From IMG/VR virus record IMGVR_UViG_3300024262_000013: 64,000 bases of DNA, one strand, 5' to 3'. How positions within the stretch are numbered: the stretch's first letter is position 1; the number at the start of each line of letters is the position of its first letter. A program made the translations under genes and the position numbers. Below the pieces are notes generated by a model, which worked only from the letters and a program-made list of their open reading frames with translations, was not told the DNA's origin and made no database searches. Shown here in pieces: positions 1-9,397 of this stretch. The stretch is from a virus (taxonomy: Duplodnaviria; Caudoviricetes).

Positions 1-410
1 GGGTTTTATTTGGAAGTGGGGATTTGTTTTTATCTACAGATAATATCAATACCTCAGTAATTAATAGTCGTAACCCATATGCTCCATGGGGGATATATAC
101 CACAGGTCAATTAAATATAATCAATACTGGGGGTGTCCCAATTATGAATCAAACGGGGACCTACCCTAATAGGTTAGGTATTAATTATGGTTTTTTAAGA
201 AACGGGATTAATGTAGGTGTTGGAGGTAAAATGGTTTTATACACAAGCGAACCCGCAGATTTTTATCCTGATGTGATGATTAGGTTAAACCCTATTAAAC
301 TTATCACTCAAAATTCACGTTCAATAGATATCTCATTAATTTTAAATATATCAAATACTGTAGAATTTGGTGCTGGATTATCAATTCCATTCCTACTTAA
401 CCGATACTGA
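1..410 (+). CDS. hypothetical protein, 5'-truncated, beta-strand rich
   Basis: The frame is open from position 3 to TGA at 408-410. The track start at 24 is a TTG, so the gene probably begins before the window. Confidence 0.6.
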   Translation, partial: VLFGSGDLFLSTDNINTSVINSRNPYAPWGIYTTGQLNIINTGGVPIMNQTGTYPNRLGINYGFLRNGINVGVGGKMVLYTSEPADFYPDVMIRLNPIKLITQNSRSIDISLILNISNTVEFGAGLSIPFLLNRY

Positions 411-434
411 TATATTTATAATAAAAGTAAATGT

Positions 435-875
435 ATGGGGTTTGAAGAAGATTTAGAAGATTTAAAACGAATAGCTGACAATGTACCCACTAAAAATAGA
501 GAACAACTTAATTTTTTAAAGTCACAAAAAAAAGACTTTAAGGGGGTATATCGAGTTTTAGGGTTTAATGAAGGTAATGGTGTTGGTATGACAGGTAAGG
601 TTAGTTTTGTACCGGTAAAGGTAAGAGTTATGCTTAGTGTTGGTGAACCTAGTTTATATATTAGTTGTAACGTTATCTTTGAGGATTTTAAAGTGAACAA
701 TAACTCTGCTCAGTCATTATTTGATATGTTAAAAATAGACGTAAAACATAAAAAATCATTAGACGATTTCAGTAACGTATTTCACAATGTCGCAAAAGAA
801 GAGTTTAATAAATTGATGAGATTAATTGGTATGGGTAATTTTATGTTAGATATAAACAATATAGAGATTAAGTAA
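435..875 (+). CDS. hypothetical protein
   Basis: 146-aa ORF with TATTTATA at 413-420 upstream. Confidence 0.7.
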   Translation: MGFEEDLEDLKRIADNVPTKNREQLNFLKSQKKDFKGVYRVLGFNEGNGVGMTGKVSFVPVKVRVMLSVGEPSLYISCNVIFEDFKVNNNSAQSLFDMLKIDVKHKKSLDDFSNVFHNVAKEEFNKLMRLIGMGNFMLDINNIEIK

Positions 876-886
876 TATTTAATAAT

Positions 887-1741
887 ATGATTAGTAGTGA
901 ATTTGAAGATTATTATAATGGGATAATACGGACTATAAGTGATAGTACTGGTTCTAATTCATATGCTCGTAATTTAGGTAAAAAAAATTACTTTAGAATT
1001 AAGACCGGATTTTATGAAGACGAAAGCCCCAAAACCGTATCAAATGAACTGTTAATGACTATTAAAGAGAACCTCAAAGAATCTAAATCCATAAATGAAT
1101 CTAAAGGTATTGATGGACCTATTAGACGTATTGTTAGAGATATTACAAATATTGTAAAATCACAAGAATATGGTGAACATAACTTACCTGAGGATATTAC
1201 TGACACAAATGATTTAGAGTATGACTTCGATTTAGACTTTAAGAAATTAAATGTTAGTAAGTCATATAATATTCCTTCATTTTCAGTTGAGTTATCATAC
1301 GACGCTAATGTTACTATGGATGAACCATATATGATTAACGGGGCATTGATGTCTGATGGGGATACTATCTCGGTAGTTATCATTATAAACCCAAAAAAAT
1401 ACCCTTCATTTATGTATGATTTAATTGCCGACATAAATGATATAGTCGCTCATGAAATAGAACACGTATTCCAAGAAAACTTTATGAGACCTGAGGAGGA
1501 AATACATCAAGAAGACGGTAAAGAACAACCTGACGGTAAAGATTACTATAAACAGAGCCATGAGATACCCGCAGAACTTAAAGGTATTATAAGGGTAGCT
1601 AAACTTCGTAGACAACCAATTAAACAAGTTATTGGTGATTGGTTTAAGAGAAGTCAATATGCTCACCAATTAAACGATAAGGATTCGTTAGAGTTAATTT
1701 CTTTCTTATCCGATGAATACGAAAAAAGATATGGAGTTTAA
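887..1741 (+). CDS. HEXXH zinc metallopeptidase-like protein
   Basis: VAHEIEHVFQ motif and a downstream DYYKQSHEIPA (third-ligand Glu). Confidence 0.65.
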   Translation: MISSEFEDYYNGIIRTISDSTGSNSYARNLGKKNYFRIKTGFYEDESPKTVSNELLMTIKENLKESKSINESKGIDGPIRRIVRDITNIVKSQEYGEHNLPEDITDTNDLEYDFDLDFKKLNVSKSYNIPSFSVELSYDANVTMDEPYMINGALMSDGDTISVVIIINPKKYPSFMYDLIADINDIVAHEIEHVFQENFMRPEEEIHQEDGKEQPDGKDYYKQSHEIPAELKGIIRVAKLRRQPIKQVIGDWFKRSQYAHQLNDKDSLELISFLSDEYEKRYGV

Positions 1742-2153
1742 AAGTGAAGAAGAATTTAATAGGGTAGCTAAAAAGGCGGTACAAATACTATTGTACGTAG
1801 TTGAAAGTAAATCTCCGATACTTAGAAAATTAAGGGCGACAAATTTCATATCTAAAATATATGGAGCAAATCAAAATGGTGTAGTTTATTTTGAAATTGA
1901 AGTTCCTTTCACAGTAGATGACCCAGACCATGGACCATTCTGTAACGAGTTAGATAAAATTTTAAGCGGGATACAGAACACATTTGGTAATTACCATTTA
2001 AATAGTAATGTAGAATTTATACTTAAAACAGAAGAAGGTGATGACATGATTGGTTTTTTAAATTCATGTAGTTTTGATTGGACTGACCATGAAGATGAAT
2101 ATAATGGAAAGGCTAATTATGGGTTTGAGTATAATTGGAGCTCTATTGATTAA
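1731..2153 (+). CDS. hypothetical protein
   Basis: The ORF track starts it at 1713. ATG 1731 (MEFKSEEE) gives a shorter overlap with the upstream gene. Confidence 0.6.
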   Translation: MEFKSEEEFNRVAKKAVQILLYVVESKSPILRKLRATNFISKIYGANQNGVVYFEIEVPFTVDDPDHGPFCNELDKILSGIQNTFGNYHLNSNVEFILKTEEGDDMIGFLNSCSFDWTDHEDEYNGKANYGFEYNWSSID

Positions 2154-2183
2154 ATTATATTTTTTTTATTGAAATAAAATCCG

Positions 2184-2191
2184 TATCTTTG
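2184..2191 (+). promoter_or_regulatory. Bacteroidota housekeeping-sigma -7 element TAnnTTTG
   Basis: TATCTTTG lies 4 nt before ATG 2196. Confidence 0.65.
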
Positions 2192-2195
2192 TTAG

Positions 2196-2519
2196 ATGGA
2201 ACACACAAGAGAAAATTTAAAGAAATTATCCTTAGTTGAGATTAAACTCATCTGTAAAGAATATAGTTTACCTAGGACAGGTACTAAAACGGCCCTGATT
2301 AATAGTATAGTCGATTTTAACAAACCTATACCCGTCACTATTAATCTCCCTACGGAATATAAATCACCAAAAGGTCAAAAAGTTATTGGTCTTATGATGG
2401 GAGATAACGAAAAGAGAGTACAGCTCGGTAAGTTTAGAGAAAAGAATAATGTGAGAGAACTATATTATTCAATGGGTGTTCACTATTATGAAGTCGATAA
2501 AGATTTTAATTTTATTTAA
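2196..2519 (+). CDS. SAP/HeH-like DNA-binding protein
   Basis: N-terminal LKKLSLVEIKLICKEYSLPRTGTKTALINSI fits the SAP-domain pattern. Confidence 0.6.
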   Translation: MEHTRENLKKLSLVEIKLICKEYSLPRTGTKTALINSIVDFNKPIPVTINLPTEYKSPKGQKVIGLMMGDNEKRVQLGKFREKNNVRELYYSMGVHYYEVDKDFNFI

Positions 2520-2525
2520 ATAAAA

Positions 2526-3155
2526 TTAAGACTTTTTATTAGAAATTAATTTAGCTATTTTTTGTACAACATCTTTAAGTACTACGCTTGATACAGTAAT
2601 AAGTCCGGAGGTCAATATTGATTCGGTAAATTTCGAGAATTCGATAGAATCAACACCAAATGTGTTAACTACATTAATTAACATACCTAATATTGGAAGT
2701 AAGAAAGTATAAGCTAAGATGTCACCTGCTTTATATATGGTTACACCTAATACCTCTAACATATTAGAAAACTTATCCCTAAGTTGTTCAGTTCTTGAAA
2801 CCGCAACTTTTAGCTCATCTTCTAATCCTTGTTCATATAGTTCCTTTTTTAATTTACGATAATCGTTTCCTTCAAAAAATACTATGGAGATTGCGGCGAT
2901 AACTAAAGAAGAAATCTGCCAAGACTCCAATCCCACAAACTCACCATTTAAATACTTATTAACTGGTTCCATAAGAGCACCAATACCTGCGCCGTAAGTA
3001 AGTGCAAATCTAGCACTTATACCATATTGTTTTTTTACGTCTAATATAATTTTTTTGACTAATGCGTCTAGGTGTTTAAATATTGAAGTAACTTTTTCCC
3101 CGATTCTTTCATTTAAAACCATTCGATACTGCTCTTCTGTTATAACTACTTTCAC
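2526..3155 (-). CDS. hydrophobic putative virion protein
   Basis: GTG start, MKVVITEEQY...VLNE leader, several hydrophobic helices, TATTTATA on the minus strand at 3170-3177. Confidence 0.7.
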   Translation of the reverse strand: MKVVITEEQYRMVLNERIGEKVTSIFKHLDALVKKIILDVKKQYGISARFALTYGAGIGALMEPVNKYLNGEFVGLESWQISSLVIAAISIVFFEGNDYRKLKKELYEQGLEDELKVAVSRTEQLRDKFSNMLEVLGVTIYKAGDILAYTFLLPILGMLINVVNTFGVDSIEFSKFTESILTSGLITVSSVVLKDVVQKIAKLISNKKS

Positions 3156-3228
3156 TTTAAATGTTTTATTATAAATATGGCACTAATACTAAACTGTTAT
3201 TCGATATATTTATTTTAAAAGAGTTTAA

Positions 3229-3861
3229 ATGTCTAAAGATGTAAATCCAAGTTTAAAAGAAGGTGACAATATAATTTTAATTTATATGAAAGACCCATAC
3301 TCACCAGTTCCTGGAGGCACTAAAGGTGTAGTAAATCACGTCAGTAAAGACCCATATGATGAGGGTGAGGACATTATTTCGGTTGAGTGGGAAAATGGTT
3401 CACAATTATCTTTAGTGTCTTCAGAAGACATATGGATGATGGAGAGTGATTTAAAGACAAATATCAAAGAAGGAAATAACCCTAATTTAGACGGTCTTAT
3501 TGTACTTAAAGACATTTTTAAATATTCTAATGAAAAAATATTCTTTGACTTTTTAAGTAAGATTAGGGAGTCAGGTTTAGTTAATATGCTCGAATCAGGT
3601 CAATTTTTATTTTCAGGTCCAAGATATCTTCAGAAGTTTATTGAGTTTGAAGAAATGAAATCAGGTAGAGAATATGATGAAGATATGGTTGAGGAGTTAA
3701 TGGATATGTCTCAAAAAACGAGAGACGAGTTTATTAGAATGGCTATGAAAATGGTTGAAGATGAAGGGACCGAAGACTACTCGAATAGAAATTTAGAGAA
3801 AAAAATAAGAGTCCTCACGAGTAAGGCTCTTCAATACTATGTAATGATGTTCGGTAGATAA
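3229..3861 (+). CDS. DUF4314-like N-domain fused to a DUF5049-like domain
   Basis: GDNIILIYMKDPYSPVPGGTKGVV...VEWENGSQLSL followed by IRESGLVNM (motif recall). Confidence 0.6.
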   Translation: MSKDVNPSLKEGDNIILIYMKDPYSPVPGGTKGVVNHVSKDPYDEGEDIISVEWENGSQLSLVSSEDIWMMESDLKTNIKEGNNPNLDGLIVLKDIFKYSNEKIFFDFLSKIRESGLVNMLESGQFLFSGPRYLQKFIEFEEMKSGREYDEDMVEELMDMSQKTRDEFIRMAMKMVEDEGTEDYSNRNLEKKIRVLTSKALQYYVMMFGR

Positions 3862-4254
3862 TTAAATAGATTCTTTAATATTAAGTTTACCAACAGTTAA
3901 CCTCCAAGATTGTATACCAAATAATAACATTTCCCTTTCAATTTTTTTTGCAATAAATCTTCTAATATCTCTATTCCTTTGAATAGTACTACGGAAATTA
4001 CGGGGTCTACTTATATTTGATAGTCCATCCCCATCCGCGTAGTAACTCCATCCTTTAATCGCACCTGATACGTTTACGTTTACGATTAAACAAGTACTGT
4101 ATTTGCACTCTTGTTTAATGTGAGTTATTTTAAAAGTTAAGTCATGGTTATCGTAACACCAAGATTCAGTTATGCATTTAGATTTTAAAACTCTGTGTTT
4201 AACTAAGTCCCTAACTTTTTTATCTTCTTGATATAGTGTGATGAAGTCTGACAT
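3862..4254 (-). CDS. hypothetical protein (host-type promoter)
   Basis: 130-aa ORF with TATATTTG on the minus strand at 4276-4283. Confidence 0.7.
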   Translation of the reverse strand: MSDFITLYQEDKKVRDLVKHRVLKSKCITESWCYDNHDLTFKITHIKQECKYSTCLIVNVNVSGAIKGWSYYADGDGLSNISRPRNFRSTIQRNRDIRRFIAKKIEREMLLFGIQSWRLTVGKLNIKESI

Positions 4255-4294
4255 ATTTATCTTTGTTTATTAAGACAAATATACGGAATTATTT

Positions 4295-4552
4295 TTAAAC
4301 GGCCATAGAAGTAATTAAGAAAATTGGGTTTCTTTCACCGAAATGACCACCCTTCATATTAAAATAAAAGTACTCATCGGCTTCCTCTTCGTCCATATGA
4401 CCAGTTTTAACTAATTTTTGAATTATTCGTTGTTTAGAGTAAACAATACGGGTTTCCATACCGAACTCCTCACTAACACCAACGATACAATCGTCAAATC
4501 CGTCCATAACAATTGCTCCTTCAGCAATTTCGTCTATTTCTTCTCTTTCCAT
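4295..4552 (-). CDS. hypothetical phage protein
   Basis: CAT at 4550-4552 and TTA at 4295 show it is on the minus strand (track says +). TTGACA-N17-TATATT lies upstream at 4594-4566. Confidence 0.75.
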   Translation of the reverse strand: MEREEIDEIAEGAIVMDGFDDCIVGVSEEFGMETRIVYSKQRIIQKLVKTGHMDEEEADEYFYFNMKGGHFGERNPIFLITSMAV

Positions 4553-4639
4553 AGTTTTTATTTAAAATATAAACCATTATGGTTATAATGTCAAACAACA
4601 AATGAGTATTACTGTATATTTATTATAAAAACCAATATT

Positions 4640-5722
4640 ATGAGAAACTATTTAACTATATCGGATGAGGAGAAAGATTCTATTCTCCAAACACATTCAG
4701 CATTTTATAATGGATATGCCACAGGTAATGTACCAAGTAACTTACAACCATTAAGGGTTGATAGAAGTATTAAGGATTTTGGTGGTGTAACTGTTGATAA
4801 TCAAGGTAACGTAAAGCCGTATACCAACCATAATGTTAACGAATCTGAAGTAAACGAACAAGAAGGTAAAGGGTGTTCCGAATCTGAAGGTGGTTCAGGA
4901 TGTATTAAGAAAAAAGATGGTGAATGGGTTATATTAAACAATAAAAAAGGTGGAATATTTAAAAAATGTTCATCCAAAAAAGACTGTGAAGAAATATTAG
5001 CTGGTTACCATGCAAATGTAAACGAAGAGGAGGATTTAGGTCCTGAAGATAGAGATGAGTTTGATGGTAGAGATTCTGAAGTTGTAGGTGTCGATTCAGA
5101 TATTGAAGACCAAAGAAAAGAAGCTAACGAAATAGAAGCTGACGATATGGATATATCACATGAAGATTCGGCTTATGATTTTGAATCTGATGGTCCTGAG
5201 CAATTTGATTCATCATACTCTGATGATTCATATGGTGACGACATTGACGCGATTATGAAAATGTTTGGTGGTGATATGTCACCGGCAAGTGTTGATGGTG
5301 TAAATGATATGATGAACTCAGATTTAGACGGTAAAGAAAAATATAGTAATGAAAAATCGGCATTTGACTTTGACTCTGATGGTGGAAACGCTGACGTATA
5401 TGGGGAACAAACCAATATGTCAATAGGGTTTGTTGAAGAAGGTGAAGGTGAAACCGATGAAAGTTTAGTGTCTGTGATACCTATGGATAAACCAATAGGT
5501 AAAATGTATTCATTTAAAGGAAATAACCCAAAATACGAAGTTGAAGAAGGTGAAGTTGAAAAAGGTGAGTCTTGTGAGTCTTGTGGTGGTGAAACGAGTG
5601 AAGGAGAATGTAAAGAATGTGGTTCTATATACGAAGAAGTCGATACGGACTTACATGAGTCATTTGATAACGATAGAAAGGCTATAAGAGAAATGTTTAA
5701 TAGATTTAGTAAATTTAATTAA
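4640..5722 (+). CDS. acidic protein with a Cys/Lys-rich module and a C-terminal CxxC...CxxC
   Basis: GCIKKKDG...KCSSKKDC and CESCGG...CKECG; TATTTAT at 4617. Confidence 0.7.
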   Translation: MRNYLTISDEEKDSILQTHSAFYNGYATGNVPSNLQPLRVDRSIKDFGGVTVDNQGNVKPYTNHNVNESEVNEQEGKGCSESEGGSGCIKKKDGEWVILNNKKGGIFKKCSSKKDCEEILAGYHANVNEEEDLGPEDRDEFDGRDSEVVGVDSDIEDQRKEANEIEADDMDISHEDSAYDFESDGPEQFDSSYSDDSYGDDIDAIMKMFGGDMSPASVDGVNDMMNSDLDGKEKYSNEKSAFDFDSDGGNADVYGEQTNMSIGFVEEGEGETDESLVSVIPMDKPIGKMYSFKGNNPKYEVEEGEVEKGESCESCGGETSEGECKECGSIYEEVDTDLHESFDNDRKAIREMFNRFSKFN

Positions 5723-5740
5723 ACTAATTAATATAAGATT

Positions 5741-5768
5741 AAAACCCGTGTAACCCACGGGTTTTTTT
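5741..5768. terminator. bidirectional intrinsic terminator
   Basis: AAAACCCGTG-TAACC-CACGGGTTTT between convergent genes. Confidence 0.8.
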
Positions 5769-7449
5769 ATTTAGATAAGTTTTTGTATAGTACACCTAAC
5801 TCAAGTAAGTTACGGTACTTAGGATAGTAATCCCAAACTAACGTTACCATCTTCTCACCATCAAATAAATAACCATCCTTAATCATTGTTTCAAGATTTT
5901 CCTTAGTTGTATGAGATAATTCTTGATGTGCAAAATTTCTAAGTTTATGTAAATTAAATTCAACATTACCAAACCACGATAAGTGCCATCCATTAATATC
6001 GTTAAGGTGAGTTTCCTGTTCGTACCTTACATTTCTAATTTCTTGAGGTGTGGTAGTTTTAAGGTATGACCACCTACAAAAAGCAGGCCCTGGCCAGTAC
6101 ATATCCTCAAAGTCCCATTTAAAGTTCCAATATTGCCACCTTTGTAATATAGTTTTAAACGTATCAAAACTAACTTGATTATTTTTAAGTCGGTTTAAGA
6201 TATCGTTATCCCATATTTCATCTATATCTGAAATAAGTACGATATCATCATCATTAGGATTAATTTTTTTTAATACCTCCTTAATCGAATTTCTATGATA
6301 ATTTTCTCTAAACCAATTTAACCTTTCTTCATCATTTTTGGGGGTAGGGTGAGGTTCGTAAAGTACCTCATTAGGTAAATCTATTATAATATGTTCAATC
6401 TTATGTTTAAATTTATTAAATAAATCTTTATGTTTTTGAAAATACAGTTCTTTATCTTTACCGGCGTGACTATTTCTAGACTCTATTAAAATAAAATGGT
6501 CAACATATTCACCCATTTCATGTAACCTTAAGTTTAACATATCTAACTCATGGTCAAAGAGAAAGCAATCGTATATTTTTGGTTTATTTATATTAATTTC
6601 CGTATCATTTATTTTGTCCCATATTTTTGGTAAATCATAACCTTCTTGATTAAATACTCTTAATTTACCTGTAATGCCATCTTTTTTAGTGCCGTTAGAC
6701 GCATACATATCTTTTATTAGATTTTTGATATTATCGTCATCATCCCAAAAGTCACTAACTAATTCGATATGTGAAAACGATTTAAGTTTCTCCCTGATAA
6801 AATCAAAATCACCAAACCATGAAAAGTGAAATCCACCATTTTCCTGAGTGTAAAATACTGTTTGTGTTTCACTCCATCTATCATCTCTTATTTCTTGAAA
6901 GATTTTATTATTAGATATGAAGTGAGAGTAGTAAAAGGCAGTTGAACCCATCCAATGATGCATTTTCTCCAATCGTTTATTCCAAACTAACCATTTCTGT
7001 TTAAAAACTACAGGACCATACGGCAAATTAATGTTTAAATTTTTAAAGATATTCGTATTAGGAAATTCGTCAACATCTGAAACGATTACAATGTCATCAA
7101 ATTTAATATTTAATTCTTTAAGTCCTTTACCTATTGAATTTCTTTGATGAGCTTCCCTATAAAATTCTATGGTCTTCTGAGATTCAATTATAGTAAAATT
7201 CATTAATTCTGTATCGGTAACGGATATTGGCATATCTTTAACCACGTAGTGATATATTTTATCTGACCATTTTGAAAAACGTTTACTATTATTTTTATAA
7301 AATAGTGGTTTTGGTTTTCCTGTAAATGTTTTGTCGGATTCAACAATTAAAAACATATCGACATGGTCATAAAGTTCCTCTAATCTTAACTCCAATAAGT
7401 CTAATTCATTAAAAAATAAAATAGAGTCAATTATTTTTTGTTTACCCAT
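5767..7449 (-). CDS. tandem two-domain GT17 (GnT-III/MGAT3-like) glycosyltransferase
   Basis: Two copies of the pattern I(I/Y)D...ELD(L/M)LxLRL...VDxF(L/I)xxES...SD(V/I)DE...G(F/W)H(F/L)SWFG...KLxxFxH. Minus strand verified (track says +). Confidence 0.85.
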   Translation of the reverse strand: MGKQKIIDSILFFNELDLLELRLEELYDHVDMFLIVESDKTFTGKPKPLFYKNNSKRFSKWSDKIYHYVVKDMPISVTDTELMNFTIIESQKTIEFYREAHQRNSIGKGLKELNIKFDDIVIVSDVDEFPNTNIFKNLNINLPYGPVVFKQKWLVWNKRLEKMHHWMGSTAFYYSHFISNNKIFQEIRDDRWSETQTVFYTQENGGFHFSWFGDFDFIREKLKSFSHIELVSDFWDDDDNIKNLIKDMYASNGTKKDGITGKLRVFNQEGYDLPKIWDKINDTEININKPKIYDCFLFDHELDMLNLRLHEMGEYVDHFILIESRNSHAGKDKELYFQKHKDLFNKFKHKIEHIIIDLPNEVLYEPHPTPKNDEERLNWFRENYHRNSIKEVLKKINPNDDDIVLISDIDEIWDNDILNRLKNNQVSFDTFKTILQRWQYWNFKWDFEDMYWPGPAFCRWSYLKTTTPQEIRNVRYEQETHLNDINGWHLSWFGNVEFNLHKLRNFAHQELSHTTKENLETMIKDGYLFDGEKMVTLVWDYYPKYRNLLELGVLYKNLSK

Positions 7450-7450
7450 T

Positions 7451-7636
7451 TTAATCTAATTCGTTAATTCGTTTATCATACTTTCTAAGTAATATTTCAT
7501 AACCACAATAATCCCCACTTAACTTATAGTAAAGTTTTATATAATTTAAAGAATTTTTTAACTGTATACCGTTGGTACAGGATAATAAAACCTCCTCGGC
7601 TCTAAAATAATAATTGGTTATGTTGATATCTGTCAT
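7451..7636 (-). CDS. small hypothetical protein
   Basis: 61-aa ORF abutting the GT17 gene. Confidence 0.55.
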   Translation of the reverse strand: MTDINITNYYFRAEEVLLSCTNGIQLKNSLNYIKLYYKLSGDYCGYEILLRKYDKRINELD

Positions 7637-7686
7637 ATGTTACTTACTTTTCATTTATAATGATAACAATAATATAATAGAAATAT

Positions 7687-8286
7687 ATGTCTAAAACAAA
7701 TTTTACCGCTCAAACTGAAACAATCGATACCAATTACGATATGTTAAACTACTATTACTTTGATAATATATTCACATCTTCACAAATAAAAGACATAATT
7801 AAAATATGTGAAAATTTGGGTACTGAGACCGTAACTGCGGATTATAATGGACCATCTAATGACGATAAAAGGAGAACTCAAGTTGGTTACTTACCCATTA
7901 ACAAAGATAATACATGGATTTATGAAAAAATTTACGGGTTATCTATGGACGCAAATCAAGAAATGGGGTGGAATTTTGATATCGATGGTATTGGGAGTTC
8001 TATCGAATATTCTATTCATGGAGACAATGGTGGACATTATCAGTGGAGTTCAGATATATCTAAATCGAACACTAATAAATTATCGGTAACGATACATTTA
8101 TCAACAGACGAAGAATATACGGGTGGAAAAACAGAATTTAATAATGGACTGTCAATTATTAAACCAACTTTTAACATTGGTGATATGGTCGTGACTCCAT
8201 CGTATTTATTACAGAGAGTTACACCCATACTAACAGGTGTCAGACGTACATTAACTCTAACTATAACAGGAAATCCTTTTAAATAA
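7687..8286 (+). CDS. 2OG-Fe(II) oxygenase (P4H/PKHD-like) fold protein lacking the Fe-binding histidines
   Basis: GHYQWSSD and PSYLLQRVTPILTGVR correspond to HYxWHxD and PSxxLHRVTPV.G.R. Confidence 0.75.
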   Translation: MSKTNFTAQTETIDTNYDMLNYYYFDNIFTSSQIKDIIKICENLGTETVTADYNGPSNDDKRRTQVGYLPINKDNTWIYEKIYGLSMDANQEMGWNFDIDGIGSSIEYSIHGDNGGHYQWSSDISKSNTNKLSVTIHLSTDEEYTGGKTEFNNGLSIIKPTFNIGDMVVTPSYLLQRVTPILTGVRRTLTLTITGNPFK

Positions 8287-8690
8287 TGGTATATAACGTA
8301 AACGACAGTAATTTATTTGAACATATAAAAAAACATAAAAAAATCATATGGTTTTTATTTAGAAAGGGTCAGGAAAAAAATTTAGTAATAAAACCTTTTG
8401 GTGAAGGACATGAAAGTGTCAATCAAGAACTTAGTGAACAATTTCCAGATGTAACAATTTTCCAAAGTTATATTTCTGATAACCCATTAATTATGGAATA
8501 TTTTGATTTAAACAATTCACCTTTATGGGATTACTATTCAAAAATTTATAACCCTAGATTAATAAGTGTTAAGGATGGGCAAAAAATATATGACCAATCA
8601 GGTAAAGATTGTTATTGTTTAGACACTATTTTAGAAATGATATTTGAGTTATACCCCGAATTAATTCCTATACCAACCAGTGAGGGATAA
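8286..8690 (+). CDS. possible thioredoxin-like fold protein without CxxC
   Basis: NPRLISVKDGQKIYDQSG resembles the thioredoxin C-terminal beta hairpin. It overlaps the upstream stop codon. Confidence 0.45.
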   Translation: MVYNVNDSNLFEHIKKHKKIIWFLFRKGQEKNLVIKPFGEGHESVNQELSEQFPDVTIFQSYISDNPLIMEYFDLNNSPLWDYYSKIYNPRLISVKDGQKIYDQSGKDCYCLDTILEMIFELYPELIPIPTSEG

Positions 8691-9377
8691 TCTAATTTCA
8701 GGTGTACCAGGGTTAACATGGGAAACATAATGTAACTTACCCTTATCTTCAGGTAATAAAAATAATGTTAGACTATTAAATTTAGGCACCTCAACATTTT
8801 CAACAACATTACCGTCATCATTTAAAAAATGTAATAATCCTCCGTACTCAGGTTTCCACTCTTTAGTTAATTGTAACACAAAACCAATTATACCGTTAGG
8901 GCTATCTTGATGAGGAGACAGGAAATCACCTGGAACATAACAAGCGGCAAATACTTCATTAGACCCCGTGATTTTTAAATCCGTCACTTTTGATACTAAA
9001 TTATGTGACTCTTTATCATCTAAATATTCCCTAATCTGACACTCAGTACACTCACAATCTTCAAAGTGATTATCTAAAGTTCTGTGAAATGAGTATGAAA
9101 ATTCATTTTTACCAAAAGAATCTGTAGAGTGTTGTCTAGCTATTTTTATGTTATTATATTCGTCAGGTGTATTTCTAAAATAACTAACACCATCTTTATC
9201 TGTAGATGGATATGTGGCTATTGACCACCAATCGGTAGGCATTTCATAACTAAAAAAATTACTTAAATTATTGGCGATATCATCTTTTAAATAATTATCG
9301 ATAACTACATATCCATTTTTTTTAAAGGATTTTCGTAGTTTATTTAAATCTAAATTTGGGTTAATTAAATCTTTCAT
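8661..9377 (-). CDS. 2OG-Fe(II) oxygenase (prolyl 4-hydroxylase-like)
   Basis: YVPGDFLSPHQD, EYGGLL, LHYVSHV and RLSLTGWY motifs. Confidence 0.85.
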   Translation of the reverse strand: MKDLINPNLDLNKLRKSFKKNGYVVIDNYLKDDIANNLSNFFSYEMPTDWWSIATYPSTDKDGVSYFRNTPDEYNNIKIARQHSTDSFGKNEFSYSFHRTLDNHFEDCECTECQIREYLDDKESHNLVSKVTDLKITGSNEVFAACYVPGDFLSPHQDSPNGIIGFVLQLTKEWKPEYGGLLHFLNDDGNVVENVEVPKFNSLTLFLLPEDKGKLHYVSHVNPGTPEIRLSLTGWYRN

Positions 9378-9397
9378 TTTTTTCTTTTACTATTTTA

